Source: a virus (Duplodnaviria; Caudoviricetes). From it: a stretch of DNA of 62,323 nt. How positions within the stretch are numbered: the first letter of the stretch is position 1; every line of letters starts with the position of its first letter. This document shows positions 1-9,437 of the stretch, piece after piece. The notes beneath the pieces were generated by a model. That model was given only the letters and a program-made list of their open reading frames with translations. It ran no database searches and was not told the origin of the DNA. The position numbers and the translations under genes were made by a program. The stretch lies in the IMG/VR virus record IMGVR_UViG_3300032174_000007, positions 1-62,323 of that record; one strand, 5' to 3'.

Positions 1-167
1 CCTGACCCGAGGATTTCGGCAACGTCAAGGGGGCGCAAATTGGCTGCCAGCGCGTACAGATGTTGCGGGGTGGTCGGCTCGATTGAGTAACGGCGGCTGC
101 CATGGTGGTCGGGAAAGAACACCGCGCAGGGATCGATGGTGTGGCCGTTGGCTGCCAAGGGCGTCAT
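1..167 (-). CDS. 5' part of GNAT/T7-gp13-like virion protein (continues at window end)
   Basis: ATG at 167 reads open to position 1: MTPLAANG...YSIEPTTPQHLYALAANLRPLDVAEILGS, the typical N-terminus of the family whose C-terminal part is at 61925..62323. Confidence 0.7.
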   Translation of the reverse strand, partial: MTPLAANGHTIDPCAVFFPDHHGSRRYSIEPTTPQHLYALAANLRPLDVAEILGS

Positions 168-433
168 TTGGATCAAGGCTTCTCCTGCGATTGCGTCCCG
201 TCCGAGCGGTCAGGCATCGCCTCCCATGCCTCCACGGCAGCGCGGGCCACCTTGGGCGCATAGTGGCATCCGCACGCCGGGTAATGGCACTTGGCGGCAT
301 TGACCGCACCACAGCCACCGCGCACGGCGCGCGCCATGCGCGAGGGATGCGCTTTCTCCAGGCCCCACTCTGAGGGCCTATGATCACCGGTGATGTTCGG
401 GCGTTTTGCCGTGTCGGTCATTGTCCACAAATA
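167..433 (-). mobile_element. L/R cassette copy 1 with ~83-aa cargo ORF (173..424)
   Basis: L end ATTTGTGGACAATGACCGACACGGC..ACCGGTGATCA; R end CCTGACCGCTCGGA..AAGCCTTGATCCAAATG; ORF ends PDRSDGTQSQEKP. Confidence 0.8.
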
Positions 434-518
434 ATTTCTGTTTCTACGTCATCAACCGAACAGACAATCATCCCCGCCCCTGCTACCCGCCGCCCTCGTA
501 CCTGTCCGCGTCCGCTTA

Positions 519-558
519 CTCCCCACGGCTTACTGCCGGTCTCAGAGGCCGTGGGGAG
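519..558 (-). terminator. Hairpin just downstream of tail tubular B
   Basis: 11-bp inverted repeat CTCCCCACGGC...GCCGTGGGGAG; no clear U-tract. Confidence 0.35.
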
Positions 559-564
559 ATTCTT

Positions 565-3513
565 TCAATTCGGCACATCCCCCAGTTCATACTGCGGCAC
601 GAACGCCGTCAATTCCATCGGGAGTGGCAGCGTCTGCATCACCGCCACCATCCCAGGCGACGGCTGCCCATCCGTGGTCGAAAAATCTCCGGCAATGGAA
701 AGGTAGTGGTCGCCCGTGAACAACGGAACGGCATTCCCGGAGAATGGCGCCATCGAGGGGCCAAGGTCCATCTCGGTCATGTAGTTCGGCCCGACGTTCC
801 AGGGCAGCTCCGCCTGGTTCTCCTGGGTGGCGGCGATCGGCTGATCCTGTCCGACCTGTATCCCGCGGGTCGCGTTCATTCTCACCGTCACGCCCTGGAT
901 CCGTTTCCTCTTGCCCTGGATCATTTCGCCGCCCATGTCGGCGTGCATCCCCTGGGCTTGCGCGACGAACGGCAGGCCGAGCACGATCTGGCTGGCCGGG
1001 TAGGGTAGTGATACTTGCCCATTCACCACCACCGTCGGCGGCACCACCGAGCCGTCCATCAACCCGGTGACCGTCATGCCTTCCAGATGATGCAGCCCTG
1101 AGACCGTCTGCACTGGCGCCGTCATCGTCCATTGTCCGGGTCCCGCCGGCAGCGGCATATTGTAGGGATCGTTCGGCATGGTCGCCGTGATCGGCTTGGT
1201 GACGGTTGCCACCACGTTCTGGCTGTCGGTAACCGCGGTGATGGTCGCAATCCCGCCGCCCATGCGGATCACCGAGCCGATATTAAGCGAGGAGAATACC
1301 GCAGCGTCCGCCGTGAAGATCACGGAATTATCGACCGAGAGCGCGATGACGGCGCCCGATCCGGTCGAATCGGTGATTTCGATTTGCGGCGAGACATAGT
1401 TGACGCCGGGGAGGATGCTGACACCTGTAATTGCCCCGCCAGACAGCGTGAAGCCAGTGACAACCGCGCCGGACCCTAACCCTTGCGCATCCGTGATGAC
1501 GCCGACCGGCGCCGTGTAGCCGCCTCCGCCCGTTACCACATAATTGAACAGAACGCCTCCGGATCCCGCTGGCGCGCTCGCCGACAGCGTTGCGTTGGGT
1601 GCCGGTTGCGGCAGGGAGAGGCTCGCATCGACCGCCACCACGGCTTCGACGTTCCCCCAAATCCGATTGTCCATCCGCTCTAGGAAATAGGCCCACTGGT
1701 TGACACCGCGAATGTACCGCTTCACCACGAAGTAGGGTGCATCGACCGGTGGCTCCGAAGCCTTGGCGACCGATACGGCAAGACCATTGGTGTCGTGCCG
1801 GGTCCAGCCATCGACGTTCTGATCCTTCACGTAGGTCTGAGAGAGGATGCGGCCGTCGTTCCGCACCGACCAGATGACCTTGTAGGGCTCCTGGCACCAC
1901 GCCCATTGCTGCAGCTGGAAGCCCGTGAAGAGGTGCGAGGAGAGCACCGTAATGTCGGCGCCGGCATAGATGTTGAAATAGAAGTTATAGTTGAGCTCCC
2001 GCACGATCGATCCAAGCGACTGCTGGTAGAGAATGTTGTAGCCGATCTTCAGGGGCGGCAGCGTGGCCGAGGCGCCAATCGATTCCTGCGGCTGCGCGTT
2101 CTGTTGCGCGGGCGTGATCGGGGAGCCTATGCCTCCCGTCCCGGAAACCTGCCACGCATCCTTGCCGGTGAACACGACCAGGCCGCCCGGCATCGGCAGC
2201 ATCCACTGGATGCCATTGACCTGCGAGGCCCATGGCGTGCCGGTGATAGCATCGGAATCAATCGGCGGAATGGCCGAGTCGAAATTCAGATACGCCCCCG
2301 GCTGGCTCATCTCGTAGGTGTCGGGCGCGTTGACGGTCTCGGCATAGGCGCGGCGCTGCTGGAAGTAGGCAACGACCCCTGGAAAGTTTCCGCTCGATGG
2401 AAATGGATTGATATGCAGCGGCGGTGTGGTCACAAAATCCGGGAAGATGTTGGTATCCTGCCAGGTCGTCGTATTGGTCGAGCCGACGAAGCCGAAGAAC
2501 TGCCCGGTGAATACGCCGGCATTGGTATAATCCGGATTGGCCTTGTAGATGTTGTAGGACCCGGCGCCTGCGACCGCGGACCACGACACCGTGAGGGTGC
2601 CAAACTGGCCGGCGATGTCCACCGAGTTCGTGACGACCCCGATCGCCGACGCGATGCTCTCCTGGCCCGTGACGGCATCAACCGCCGTCACCACAAACCC
2701 ATAAGCCGCTGGCCCGGGGCCGGTCGTCCAGATATTGCTCGCGGTGACCGTGACAGGTCCAGCCGGCGGCCCGATCGAGGATGCAAACGCGGGTACGGTC
2801 AGGGTCCAATTGTTGGCGGCGTGGCGGGTCAACTCGCGCGGAGCATAGTCGGCAAGCGTTTGCTGGTTGACGCACGTCAAGCTCATCACGTCCGCGGATT
2901 GGGTGAATTTCAGATAGGGTAGATCGGCCGCGTGGTAGGGAGTGCCGAGCGTGAACAGCCGCGCGACCGTGCCACCGCCGGTATAGACCGGAAACAGCGC
3001 GCCGTTGACCGGCTGGCCGAAGATGTCATTGAGCGTGAAGGTCGAACCCGGTGTCGGCACACTGGCGACGATGAAGGTCACGCCGTTGAGCTCGGTCGAG
3101 CCCGAGGTGCCTTGGATGAAAACCCAATCGTTGACGGCAAAGTTGTTTCCCGGTGCCGTGAGCTGGATCGGGTCGGCCGAGTTGACCGCCGTGATCGCGA
3201 ACGCAGATTCCGTGACGTAGCCGCCATCGGCCGCCACGCGCATATAGTGCTCGCCAAATTCCAGAATGTAGCTCTGGAAGATCGAGAACGAGAATTCGAT
3301 GATGCGCGGGGGAATGGAAGATGCCGAGCAGGCCTGCTTACAGGCACCCACGAGGGCGAGGCCGCCGCGCGAGAACACGCCGCCCTTGTAGGAGACCACC
3401 ACATTGCGCCCGACCGAGAGGGCCTGGTGCCATTTGGTGAGGTCGAGGCGGCCGTAGAGCGAAGGGGAGATTTCGCCAGCCGAGAAGGCACCTTGCAGGA
3501 GCGGGATGGTCAT
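565..3513 (-). CDS. Tail tubular protein B / nozzle (T7 gp12-like)
   Basis: 982 aa; N-terminal FSAGEISPSLYGRLDL, FPGVVAYFQQRR and GWTRHDT motifs; follows tail tubular A. Confidence 0.85.
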   Translation of the reverse strand: MTIPLLQGAFSAGEISPSLYGRLDLTKWHQALSVGRNVVVSYKGGVFSRGGLALVGACKQACSASSIPPRIIEFSFSIFQSYILEFGEHYMRVAADGGYVTESAFAITAVNSADPIQLTAPGNNFAVNDWVFIQGTSGSTELNGVTFIVASVPTPGSTFTLNDIFGQPVNGALFPVYTGGGTVARLFTLGTPYHAADLPYLKFTQSADVMSLTCVNQQTLADYAPRELTRHAANNWTLTVPAFASSIGPPAGPVTVTASNIWTTGPGPAAYGFVVTAVDAVTGQESIASAIGVVTNSVDIAGQFGTLTVSWSAVAGAGSYNIYKANPDYTNAGVFTGQFFGFVGSTNTTTWQDTNIFPDFVTTPPLHINPFPSSGNFPGVVAYFQQRRAYAETVNAPDTYEMSQPGAYLNFDSAIPPIDSDAITGTPWASQVNGIQWMLPMPGGLVVFTGKDAWQVSGTGGIGSPITPAQQNAQPQESIGASATLPPLKIGYNILYQQSLGSIVRELNYNFYFNIYAGADITVLSSHLFTGFQLQQWAWCQEPYKVIWSVRNDGRILSQTYVKDQNVDGWTRHDTNGLAVSVAKASEPPVDAPYFVVKRYIRGVNQWAYFLERMDNRIWGNVEAVVAVDASLSLPQPAPNATLSASAPAGSGGVLFNYVVTGGGGYTAPVGVITDAQGLGSGAVVTGFTLSGGAITGVSILPGVNYVSPQIEITDSTGSGAVIALSVDNSVIFTADAAVFSSLNIGSVIRMGGGIATITAVTDSQNVVATVTKPITATMPNDPYNMPLPAGPGQWTMTAPVQTVSGLHHLEGMTVTGLMDGSVVPPTVVVNGQVSLPYPASQIVLGLPFVAQAQGMHADMGGEMIQGKRKRIQGVTVRMNATRGIQVGQDQPIAATQENQAELPWNVGPNYMTEMDLGPSMAPFSGNAVPLFTGDHYLSIAGDFSTTDGQPSPGMVAVMQTLPLPMELTAFVPQYELGDVPN

Positions 3514-3533
3514 GGCAACGCGCCGTCAGCGCA

Positions 3534-3845
3534 TCAGGTCTTCGCCCACGATAGTTTCGAGCGCAGCAGGTAACCTTCGAGCGCCCATATTTTGCTTCGG
3601 GCATTGTCGCGTGAAATCTTCTTGCCTATCTCGGCATCGAAGTTTTCAGGGGAAGCCGCCGCGCTCTCACCGACAACATGGAAGCCGTTGCGCAGAGTCA
3701 GGGCACAGACGGTCAAGGTCGTACCCGGAAAGACGTAAAAAGCTTCCGCGACGATCTGATCGTCGATGTGTGCTGGGCTTAGGCGCGGAGCATTGAGGCC
3801 CTTGCTCTGAATTTCCTTCTCGATCGCCTGTTCGTCTCTGCTCAT
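3534..3845 (-). CDS. Phage Gp49-family protein
   Basis: TLTVCALTLRNGFHVVGESAAASPENFDAEIG..IWALEGYLL signature. Confidence 0.85.
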   Translation of the reverse strand: MSRDEQAIEKEIQSKGLNAPRLSPAHIDDQIVAEAFYVFPGTTLTVCALTLRNGFHVVGESAAASPENFDAEIGKKISRDNARSKIWALEGYLLRSKLSWAKT

Positions 3846-4725
3846 GGTGTGCTTCCTCTTCGGGACGCCGAAAGCCGTTGAACGTCGCCGCTATATGCCG
3901 GGCCAGCGGCTGCGGTATCTTGGCGATCATGGCGCTGGCCATCTTGCGGGCGCGAGATTTGGAACTGTGGTTCCGCATTAGGGGCGTGTTGCCATCGTTC
4001 CCAGGACCGAACCAATCGCCGCCGCACTTGAGGCCTTCGCCTATCGCGGTACCGCGAGCCGGATTTGCCTGTTCGCTTGGCTTACCGTGGGCGATGGCGA
4101 ACCAGGAGCCGCCGTTGTTCTTGATGGCCTTCTCCGCCGTGGTGTTGAAGGCTTGTCCGGGCCGATGGCGCGGATCATCCGGGTGTTTCCAGTCCAGCCC
4201 GCCGACCTTCGTGGCCCGCCGCGTGATCGGCATCAGCGCCGGCACGTCGCCCCACAGATAGAACGAGCCGAAGTTCCAGCGCGCTCGCCCCACCCATTTC
4301 TGCGCCCCGCGCACGTTCTCCACGATCAGCGGGATTTTACGCCCAGCCGCCTCGCAAGCCTCCCGCTGGATACGAAAGCACGCCTCGAAAAGCGTATTGT
4401 CGGGCGGCGGCAACGCCTTGGCGCGCTTCCACGGCATGGCGCGATAGCTGTAGGCCTGGCAGGGCGGGGAGGCGACGATCAGCGCGGCGTCCTTGAATTG
4501 CGAGCCGTGGAGCGTGCGCACGTCCTGGATGACGAGTTGGCCGGGATAGCGGTGCTCGCCGTATTGGTGCCGCTCGATGTCGAAGCCGATGACGCGATAG
4601 CCTTCGGCGAGCCGGGCCTCGGTCCAGCCGCCGAGTCCGCAATAGAGATCAATGGCGGTCGGCTTGTTTGTTCGGGCCGCCGGCCTCTGATCACCAGTCG
4701 GACTCCCGAGCGGAACTTGTCCCAT
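3667..4725 (-). CDS. C5-cytosine DNA methyltransferase, starting inside a cassette L end
   Basis: AIDLYCGLGG (motif I), SPPCQ (IV), ENV (VI); begins MGQVPLGSPTGDQR; tail overlaps the Gp49 gene by ~180 nt. Confidence 0.75.
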   Translation of the reverse strand: MGQVPLGSPTGDQRPAARTNKPTAIDLYCGLGGWTEARLAEGYRVIGFDIERHQYGEHRYPGQLVIQDVRTLHGSQFKDAALIVASPPCQAYSYRAMPWKRAKALPPPDNTLFEACFRIQREACEAAGRKIPLIVENVRGAQKWVGRARWNFGSFYLWGDVPALMPITRRATKVGGLDWKHPDDPRHRPGQAFNTTAEKAIKNNGGSWFAIAHGKPSEQANPARGTAIGEGLKCGGDWFGPGNDGNTPLMRNHSSKSRARKMASAMIAKIPQPLARHIAATFNGFRRPEEEAHHEQRRTGDREGNSEQGPQCSAPKPSTHRRSDRRGSFLRLSGYDLDRLCPDSAQRLPCCR

Positions 4726-4727
4726 CA
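4682..4727 (-). repeat. Cassette L end, no R partner found
   Basis: TGATGGGACAAGTTCCGCTCGGGAGTCCGACTGGTGATCAGAGGCC. Confidence 0.85.
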
Positions 4728-5513
4728 CACCAGCACCCCACCCGGAAATCCCATCGAGTCCCACCCGTACCATGCCGTTGGACCGGTCAGGTAGCCGTAT
4801 GCAGTGCTCCCTCTCACAGCCATCCAATCTGGCAGGTGATCGGTTGTCGTCACCCCTTCGTTCCCATCCGAGATGCGCGCCTGCGTGATGATCGCAGCTG
4901 CAATCTCGATCTGCTCCTTGAGCACTTGCGCGTTACGCGCCAGTGGATTGACCAGCCATGCGCCCAAAGTCGCCGTTGCGGCATTCTGGAAATGCGGATC
5001 CCACAGGTCGGGGTCTAATATCCGCGCCGTGTAGACGAGCTGCGCGAATTCCAAATCCGTGAGGATGACCTTGATCTGGTTGCCGGCGGCATCGGTATCG
5101 ATCGCCACGGCGAACTTGTAGCCGACCGGGGGAAACCAGATGTTGGTCTGCATCACGCCGCCGCCGAGGATAGGTGGCGATTGCGATCCGGACTGCGGCG
5201 GATTGGGGATGAGATAGCGGGCAGCGAGGCAATCGGCCGGGTAGGCGTACTCATAACTGTACGGGATCGGCGGGACCGGCAGCGTGCCGTTGGGGTTCTC
5301 CGGCGTGCCAATCGCGGCCTTCAATAATGTGAGGCCGATTTGCTTGCGGGTACAGTTCCAGTGTGCGGCACGGTGCAGAGCGTCGATGCGGAGCTGGTAC
5401 TGCCTTGCGCAAACAGCCGCGTTCGGCGGCGGCAATGGCGGCGTTAGCGAACTCACGGAAAAACGTGCGCCTATGTTGTCCAAGGCTGCATTGACAATAT
5501 CGACCGGCGTCAT
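4725..5513 (-). CDS. Tail tubular protein A / adaptor (T7 gp11-like)
   Basis: VDIVNAALDNIGA..HWNCTRK..YEYAYPADCL..DPDLWDPHF motifs; position upstream of nozzle. Confidence 0.8.
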   Translation of the reverse strand: MTPVDIVNAALDNIGARFSVSSLTPPLPPPNAAVCARQYQLRIDALHRAAHWNCTRKQIGLTLLKAAIGTPENPNGTLPVPPIPYSYEYAYPADCLAARYLIPNPPQSGSQSPPILGGGVMQTNIWFPPVGYKFAVAIDTDAAGNQIKVILTDLEFAQLVYTARILDPDLWDPHFQNAATATLGAWLVNPLARNAQVLKEQIEIAAAIITQARISDGNEGVTTTDHLPDWMAVRGSTAYGYLTGPTAWYGWDSMGFPGGVLV

Positions 5514-5797
5514 TTCTGCTGCTCGCCATTCACTGAAGCCTTCGCAGCATCAGGCTTCTCATCCTGAAAGGCCGATCCGATGATCTCGGTGGCGTTGCCC
5601 ATGCCCGCCAGCATCGCGGCGAGCTCTTTCTCATTGGCGGCAACCTGGGAAAGGCCGGCCTTGAAGCGCGTCAAGGTCGCCTCGTAATTATCGAGGATCG
5701 GCCCGGCCTTCTCGGCAGCGCTGGCGGTATCGGCCATCAACGCTCGCGCCCGGGTAGCGTGCTCGGTGAGCCTTGCGATCGCAGCCGGTGTCGCCAT
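5510..5797 (-). CDS. Hypothetical helical protein
   Basis: ORF coupled to adaptor start; start uncertain. Confidence 0.5.
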   Translation of the reverse strand: MATPAAIARLTEHATRARALMADTASAAEKAGPILDNYEATLTRFKAGLSQVAANEKELAAMLAGMGNATEIIGSAFQDEKPDAAKASVNGEQQK

Positions 5798-5981
5798 GGG
5801 CTTTTTCAACTCTGCGATTGATTCGGTCAGATGCCGGTCGAGCGCAGCCGAAGCCGGCAAAACGTAGGGCGGACAGTCCCCAGGACACGCCCGGAGGTGG
5901 GCGGCAGCATCGCTATATGCACGTCACGCTGGCGCACGTCGCCCTCGCGGCGCAGCCCCGGCGGATCGGTGGCGTAGGTGC

Positions 5982-6287
5982 TCATCCGGTATGATCCTCG
6001 TATTCGGCGGCGGCTATGGCTTGTTCATCGGCCGCGATCTGCTCGCCGAGTTGATCTTGATTGGCTTCGGCTTCGTGGCCCTCCGCGTGCGACGGTCCCT
6101 GATCACCAGTGGCCACCTCGCCGCCAGCCGTGTCGGGACTGGTCTCAACTCCAATCCTTCCGGTCTCCGCTTCCATCACGATCTGCCGCGGCTTGTGCGC
6201 CAGCACCTCGGCAGGCTGACGATCAAGCACATCATCGCCCTTGCGCTCGACAATGGTTTCCTCAGCCAGCGTTGGAACACCCGTCAT
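5982..6287 (-). CDS. Acidic hypothetical protein containing an in-frame degenerate cassette
   Basis: ATGA-coupled ORF; ETSPDTAGGEVATGDQ segment matches the L end of copy 8265-8450. Confidence 0.55.
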   Translation of the reverse strand: MTGVPTLAEETIVERKGDDVLDRQPAEVLAHKPRQIVMEAETGRIGVETSPDTAGGEVATGDQGPSHAEGHEAEANQDQLGEQIAADEQAIAAAEYEDHTG

Positions 6288-6538
6288 GGCTTTGCCTCCT
6301 GTTGCGTCGAGATTGGCTTGCCGCTCTCGTCCACGATCTCATGGAGCGGCACATCGATCAACTCCCCGACCTGCCGGTTCGCATCAATCGGCGGGTTGGT
6401 GCCGTAGTCGATCTTGTCGTGGGATTTCCGCATCGATCGATACGGCCCCTTCCAATCATCAGGGACGGTTATGATCTCATCGCGAACGTAGCGATGATTG
6501 TCGATGAAGCATGCCTCCTTGAGCCGCACGCGCATCAC
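6284..6538 (-). CDS. Hypothetical head-region protein
   Basis: Coupled ORF with RBS. Confidence 0.6.
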   Translation of the reverse strand: MMRVRLKEACFIDNHRYVRDEIITVPDDWKGPYRSMRKSHDKIDYGTNPPIDANRQVGELIDVPLHEIVDESGKPISTQQEAKP

Positions 6539-6984
6539 GCTGCCTCCTTGCCGCCGGCGTCGCCATCAATGGCGCCGTAGAAGCGTCCGCGGCGCTGCTC
6601 GGTTGCCTCGTCGCGGGCGGTTTCCTCGTCCTCGTTTTCGGTTGCCAGATGCGTAATTTGTAGCTCGATCCGGCAGCACTTCTTCACCGTGCCATCCTCG
6701 GCAGTGTTTTGGTTCTCACTGACTGAGGTAACCTTCGCCATCGCGGCCAAGTGGATCATATCACCAATGGCGGGAAGGTCGCCGTCACCCATGCCGAGCT
6801 TGGCGAGGTCTTCCTCATTGAGCGAGATGCAGAGACCGTAAGGATAGGTCGGGACTGACGGCTTGGGCGGGCTTGCAGTCGCCATGCTGTCCTTCTTGGC
6901 CTCGGCCGGAGTCTTGGCCATATCGACCATCGCCTGAAATCCTGACATTTTCGGATTCTCCTTCTGAAAAGTTGTCGGCTTCAT
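6535..6984 (-). CDS. Capsid staple protein (epsilon15 gp10-like)
   Basis: YPYGLCISLNEEDLAKLG..IELQITHL..FYG pattern. Confidence 0.7.
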   Translation of the reverse strand: MKPTTFQKENPKMSGFQAMVDMAKTPAEAKKDSMATASPPKPSVPTYPYGLCISLNEEDLAKLGMGDGDLPAIGDMIHLAAMAKVTSVSENQNTAEDGTVKKCCRIELQITHLATENEDEETARDEATEQRRGRFYGAIDGDAGGKEAA

Positions 6985-7108
6985 CCGATTGGCGGCTTGA
7001 ACCTATGACTACACGGCTCGCCCACCGCATGGCATCGGATGCGTGTATTCCCTGCGGTCCACCGACGCCGAGCAGGGCGAAAGGAGGGCGAGCCGTAGCT
7101 GGATTGGA

Positions 7109-7423
7109 TCAGGCGGCTGCGCCCGGCATCGGCCCCGCCGCGGCAGCAGCGGGCGGCAGTTGCGCCGCTCCGGTGCCAGCTGCCGCAGCACTCGGCGCAC
7201 CTTGGCCAGCATTGCCTTGGGATCCCGCCGTCATCTCTTCGGCCTGGCGCTGCGCCATGGCGTCGAGCTCGGCCTGGTGGGCCTTGTGCATGTCGTCGCG
7301 GGCCTTGGAATGGCGTGCATGCGTCTCGCCGCGTTCGGCGGCGTGCTTCTCGTGCATGGTGGATGGCTTCTCGCCTCCGCCTTTGGAGGACTTGCCGTAG
7401 AAGCGTTCGGATCGTTCAGCCAT
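7109..7423 (-). CDS. His/Ala-rich small protein with RFYGK motif
   Basis: ORF with AGGAG RBS. Confidence 0.65.
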   Translation of the reverse strand: MAERSERFYGKSSKGGGEKPSTMHEKHAAERGETHARHSKARDDMHKAHQAELDAMAQRQAEEMTAGSQGNAGQGAPSAAAAGTGAAQLPPAAAAAGPMPGAAA

Positions 7424-7703
7424 TGGAGTCTCCTATCGGCGCGTCAGGCGCCTGTTCGAATGCGTAGATGGGATGGTCGGGATGGTTCTCAATGACCAGG
7501 GGAATATCGCGGATGCGCGACCACCACTTTCCTTCGGTCGCCAACAGATAGACGCGCATCTCGTTGAATTCTTCCATAGTGACGGCGAGACGGAAACGCG
7601 TGATATCGGGGCCGCTGAGCGCGTAAACAGCTTTTATAAGCCGCAGCATCACGCTCGGCATCCCGTGAAAGTTTCGAGCCGCTTCACTCATTTGCCGTAC
7701 CAT
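7416..7703 (-). CDS. Hypothetical protein
   Basis: Fills gap between coupled genes; start uncertain. Confidence 0.5.
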   Translation of the reverse strand: MVRQMSEAARNFHGMPSVMLRLIKAVYALSGPDITRFRLAVTMEEFNEMRVYLLATEGKWWSRIRDIPLVIENHPDHPIYAFEQAPDAPIGDSNG

Positions 7704-7885
7704 CGATCGCCGCGGCTGGCCTTCAATCCAACCTCGGCCAGTCTTGCCTGCTTGCCGAGCAGGCCCGGGGTGCGTTCCTTCGCCTTGGCGAATTCTGCCG
7801 TGGATTTTCCGGCGGCTTTGGCCTTGGCCTTGAACTGGCCGTGGCTGTTGGCGAAGGCTTGCTTCATCCAGTGCTTCTTGGCCAT
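7688..7885 (-). CDS. Small basic protein ending RGDRWYGK
   Basis: 65 aa, Lys/Ala rich, GGAG RBS. Confidence 0.7.
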   Translation of the reverse strand: MAKKHWMKQAFANSHGQFKAKAKAAGKSTAEFAKAKERTPGLLGKQARLAEVGLKASRGDRWYGK

Positions 7886-7889
7886 CGCG

Positions 7890-8087
7890 TCACTCCCCGT
7901 ACCAATCTTTCGGCTTCCGATCGAAGAACCGGCACCACCCGCGTTCCTTGATCTTGCCCATCACCTTATCGCAGCCATCGGGCGATTGAAACATCGTGCA
8001 TCGGCTGCACCACTGCGCGCCGTTGGGGTGGCCGCGGTAGTGGGCGTCGAGCTTGGAGACGCGCTTAATCGTCTTTGCCGCGTCCAT
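7890..8087 (-). CDS. HiPIP-like (4Fe-4S) protein
   Basis: Y-x3-P-x5-C-x2-C-x2-F-x5-C-x2-V-x-G-x-I-x3-GWC-x2-F, the HiPIP cysteine pattern; no Tat signal. Confidence 0.7.
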   Translation of the reverse strand: MDAAKTIKRVSKLDAHYRGHPNGAQWCSRCTMFQSPDGCDKVMGKIKERGWCRFFDRKPKDWYGE

Positions 8088-8265
8088 ACCAGCGGTCACC
8101 GCGGGTTGGCTTTCCGTCCTTCACGTGAGCCGGAAGCTTGCCGGGCTTGTCAGCTTGCGTGAACTCCTTGGCGACCGCAGGCTTGATACCCTTGGCAGCT
8201 GCGGCCTTTGGGTTGTTCTTGGCCCACCAGAACAGCTTGCGCTGAGATTGGGATACGGGCGGCAT
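8065..8265 (-). CDS. Small basic protein (MP..SQSQRKL family) with RGDRWYG
   Basis: ATG lies at the cassette R terminus; VAKEF..AD..KLP motif typical of small phage head-region proteins. Confidence 0.65.
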   Translation of the reverse strand: MPPVSQSQRKLFWWAKNNPKAAAAKGIKPAVAKEFTQADKPGKLPAHVKDGKPTRGDRWYGRGKDD

Positions 8266-8450
8266 TTGGATCAAGGAACCTCTTGCGCTTGCGTCGCCAC
8301 AGAGCGGTCAGGCGGCGGGATCAGTTGCTTCATGTCTGCGAGCGTCCATCTCATACGTTTATCGAAATGGACACTCTCAGCGGGTGGCGGACTCTGATCA
8401 CCAGTGGCCACTGGGCAGCCAGATTCAGCGGGACTGGTCTCCATCTCAAT
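8265..8450 (-). mobile_element. L/R cassette copy with 57-aa ORF (8271..8444)
   Basis: L variant GAGACCAGTCCCGCT..CACTGGTGATCAGAG; R CCTGACCGCTCTG..CCTTGATCCAAATG. Confidence 0.8.
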
Positions 8451-9144
8451 ACTGCGAATACTCATCCCACTGCGTATTCACGCAGAACGTCCATGTCCCG
8501 GTCGCCGGTACCGTCGCTTGGATCACGAAGCCCTCGTTGTTGACAAGCTGCAACGGGAAGTCGCCGCCGTTCTTGGGATCATAGAGCACCGAGTTAGGCG
8601 CCACCAGCGCAGCACCGGCTGCTACCACCACACCGACCTCGATGGCACCGAGCGGATCGGTGTCAAGGGTCCTGGTGCCGGCCGTGTTCGTCGCCGTGGT
8701 GGCGATCATGATCTGGCCGACGCCGGTGGTTGCTTGGTTGGTTTTGAGCTTGCCGTTGTTGCCGGTGAGCGTGCCGGCGGTACCGCTGGTGTCCGACGCG
8801 GTGAACGCTCGAGCAGCAAACAGGCCAAAATTTGCGACCCCTGCGGCAAAGCCGGTGCCGGCATTGCCGGCGGAGAGCGTCACGCGCCGCACCACCGCAA
8901 CGCTTCCCGTCACGCTCGGGGTGTAGCGGAAAGCATAGACCGGAGCTGCTGCGCCCAGGCCCGCCGCCATGGTGCCGCTGCACAGCCCCTTGGCGTAGCT
9001 GCCCTGCAGGAGGTTGTAGTTGGGTACGACCGAGCCGGGTTGTGTGCCGCCGGTCAACGCATTGGGCGGCTGCTGCGCAGCGGCCGGAAGGCTGAGGAAC
9101 GCGGCGCACGCGAGGACGGCGAGACGACTGCGAAGGTATTTCAT
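8446..9144 (-). CDS. Signal-peptide-bearing beta-rich putative virion/decoration protein
   Basis: MKYLRSRLAVLACAAFLSLPAAA|QQ; Gly/Thr/Ala rich; 2 Cys in mature part. Confidence 0.65.
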   Translation of the reverse strand: MKYLRSRLAVLACAAFLSLPAAAQQPPNALTGGTQPGSVVPNYNLLQGSYAKGLCSGTMAAGLGAAAPVYAFRYTPSVTGSVAVVRRVTLSAGNAGTGFAAGVANFGLFAARAFTASDTSGTAGTLTGNNGKLKTNQATTGVGQIMIATTATNTAGTRTLDTDPLGAIEVGVVVAAGAALVAPNSVLYDPKNGGDFPLQLVNNEGFVIQATVPATGTWTFCVNTQWDEYSQY

Positions 9145-9193
9145 GGGATCATCGCCGCTCTGCGGCGCTCCTTGTGAGGTGAAAGCGAATAGC

Positions 9194-9277
9194 TTTTGCG
9201 GCTCCCTTCCTCCCTTGAAGGCCAGCTTGTCCCTCGGGCTTGTTCGAGGAATGCCGACAGGAAAGGGAGCCGCAAAA
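9194..9277. repeat. 15-bp perfect inverted repeat in a 293-nt intergenic region
   Basis: TTTTGCGGCTCCCTT (9194-9208) and AAGGGAGCCGCAAAA (9263-9277). Confidence 0.85.
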
Positions 9278-9437
9278 CGAACGGGGGCGCTTCTGCGAAG
9301 CTTCAACCTACACCCCGGCCACGCTGCTGCGTCCAAACCGGTTTTAACCGTGTCACCACGGAGAGATGTCGGAAGGGGGAGCCCTATAACTCCCCACGGG
9401 GGGCCTTGCGAGCCGTACTCACCCCCTGCTGTATAAC

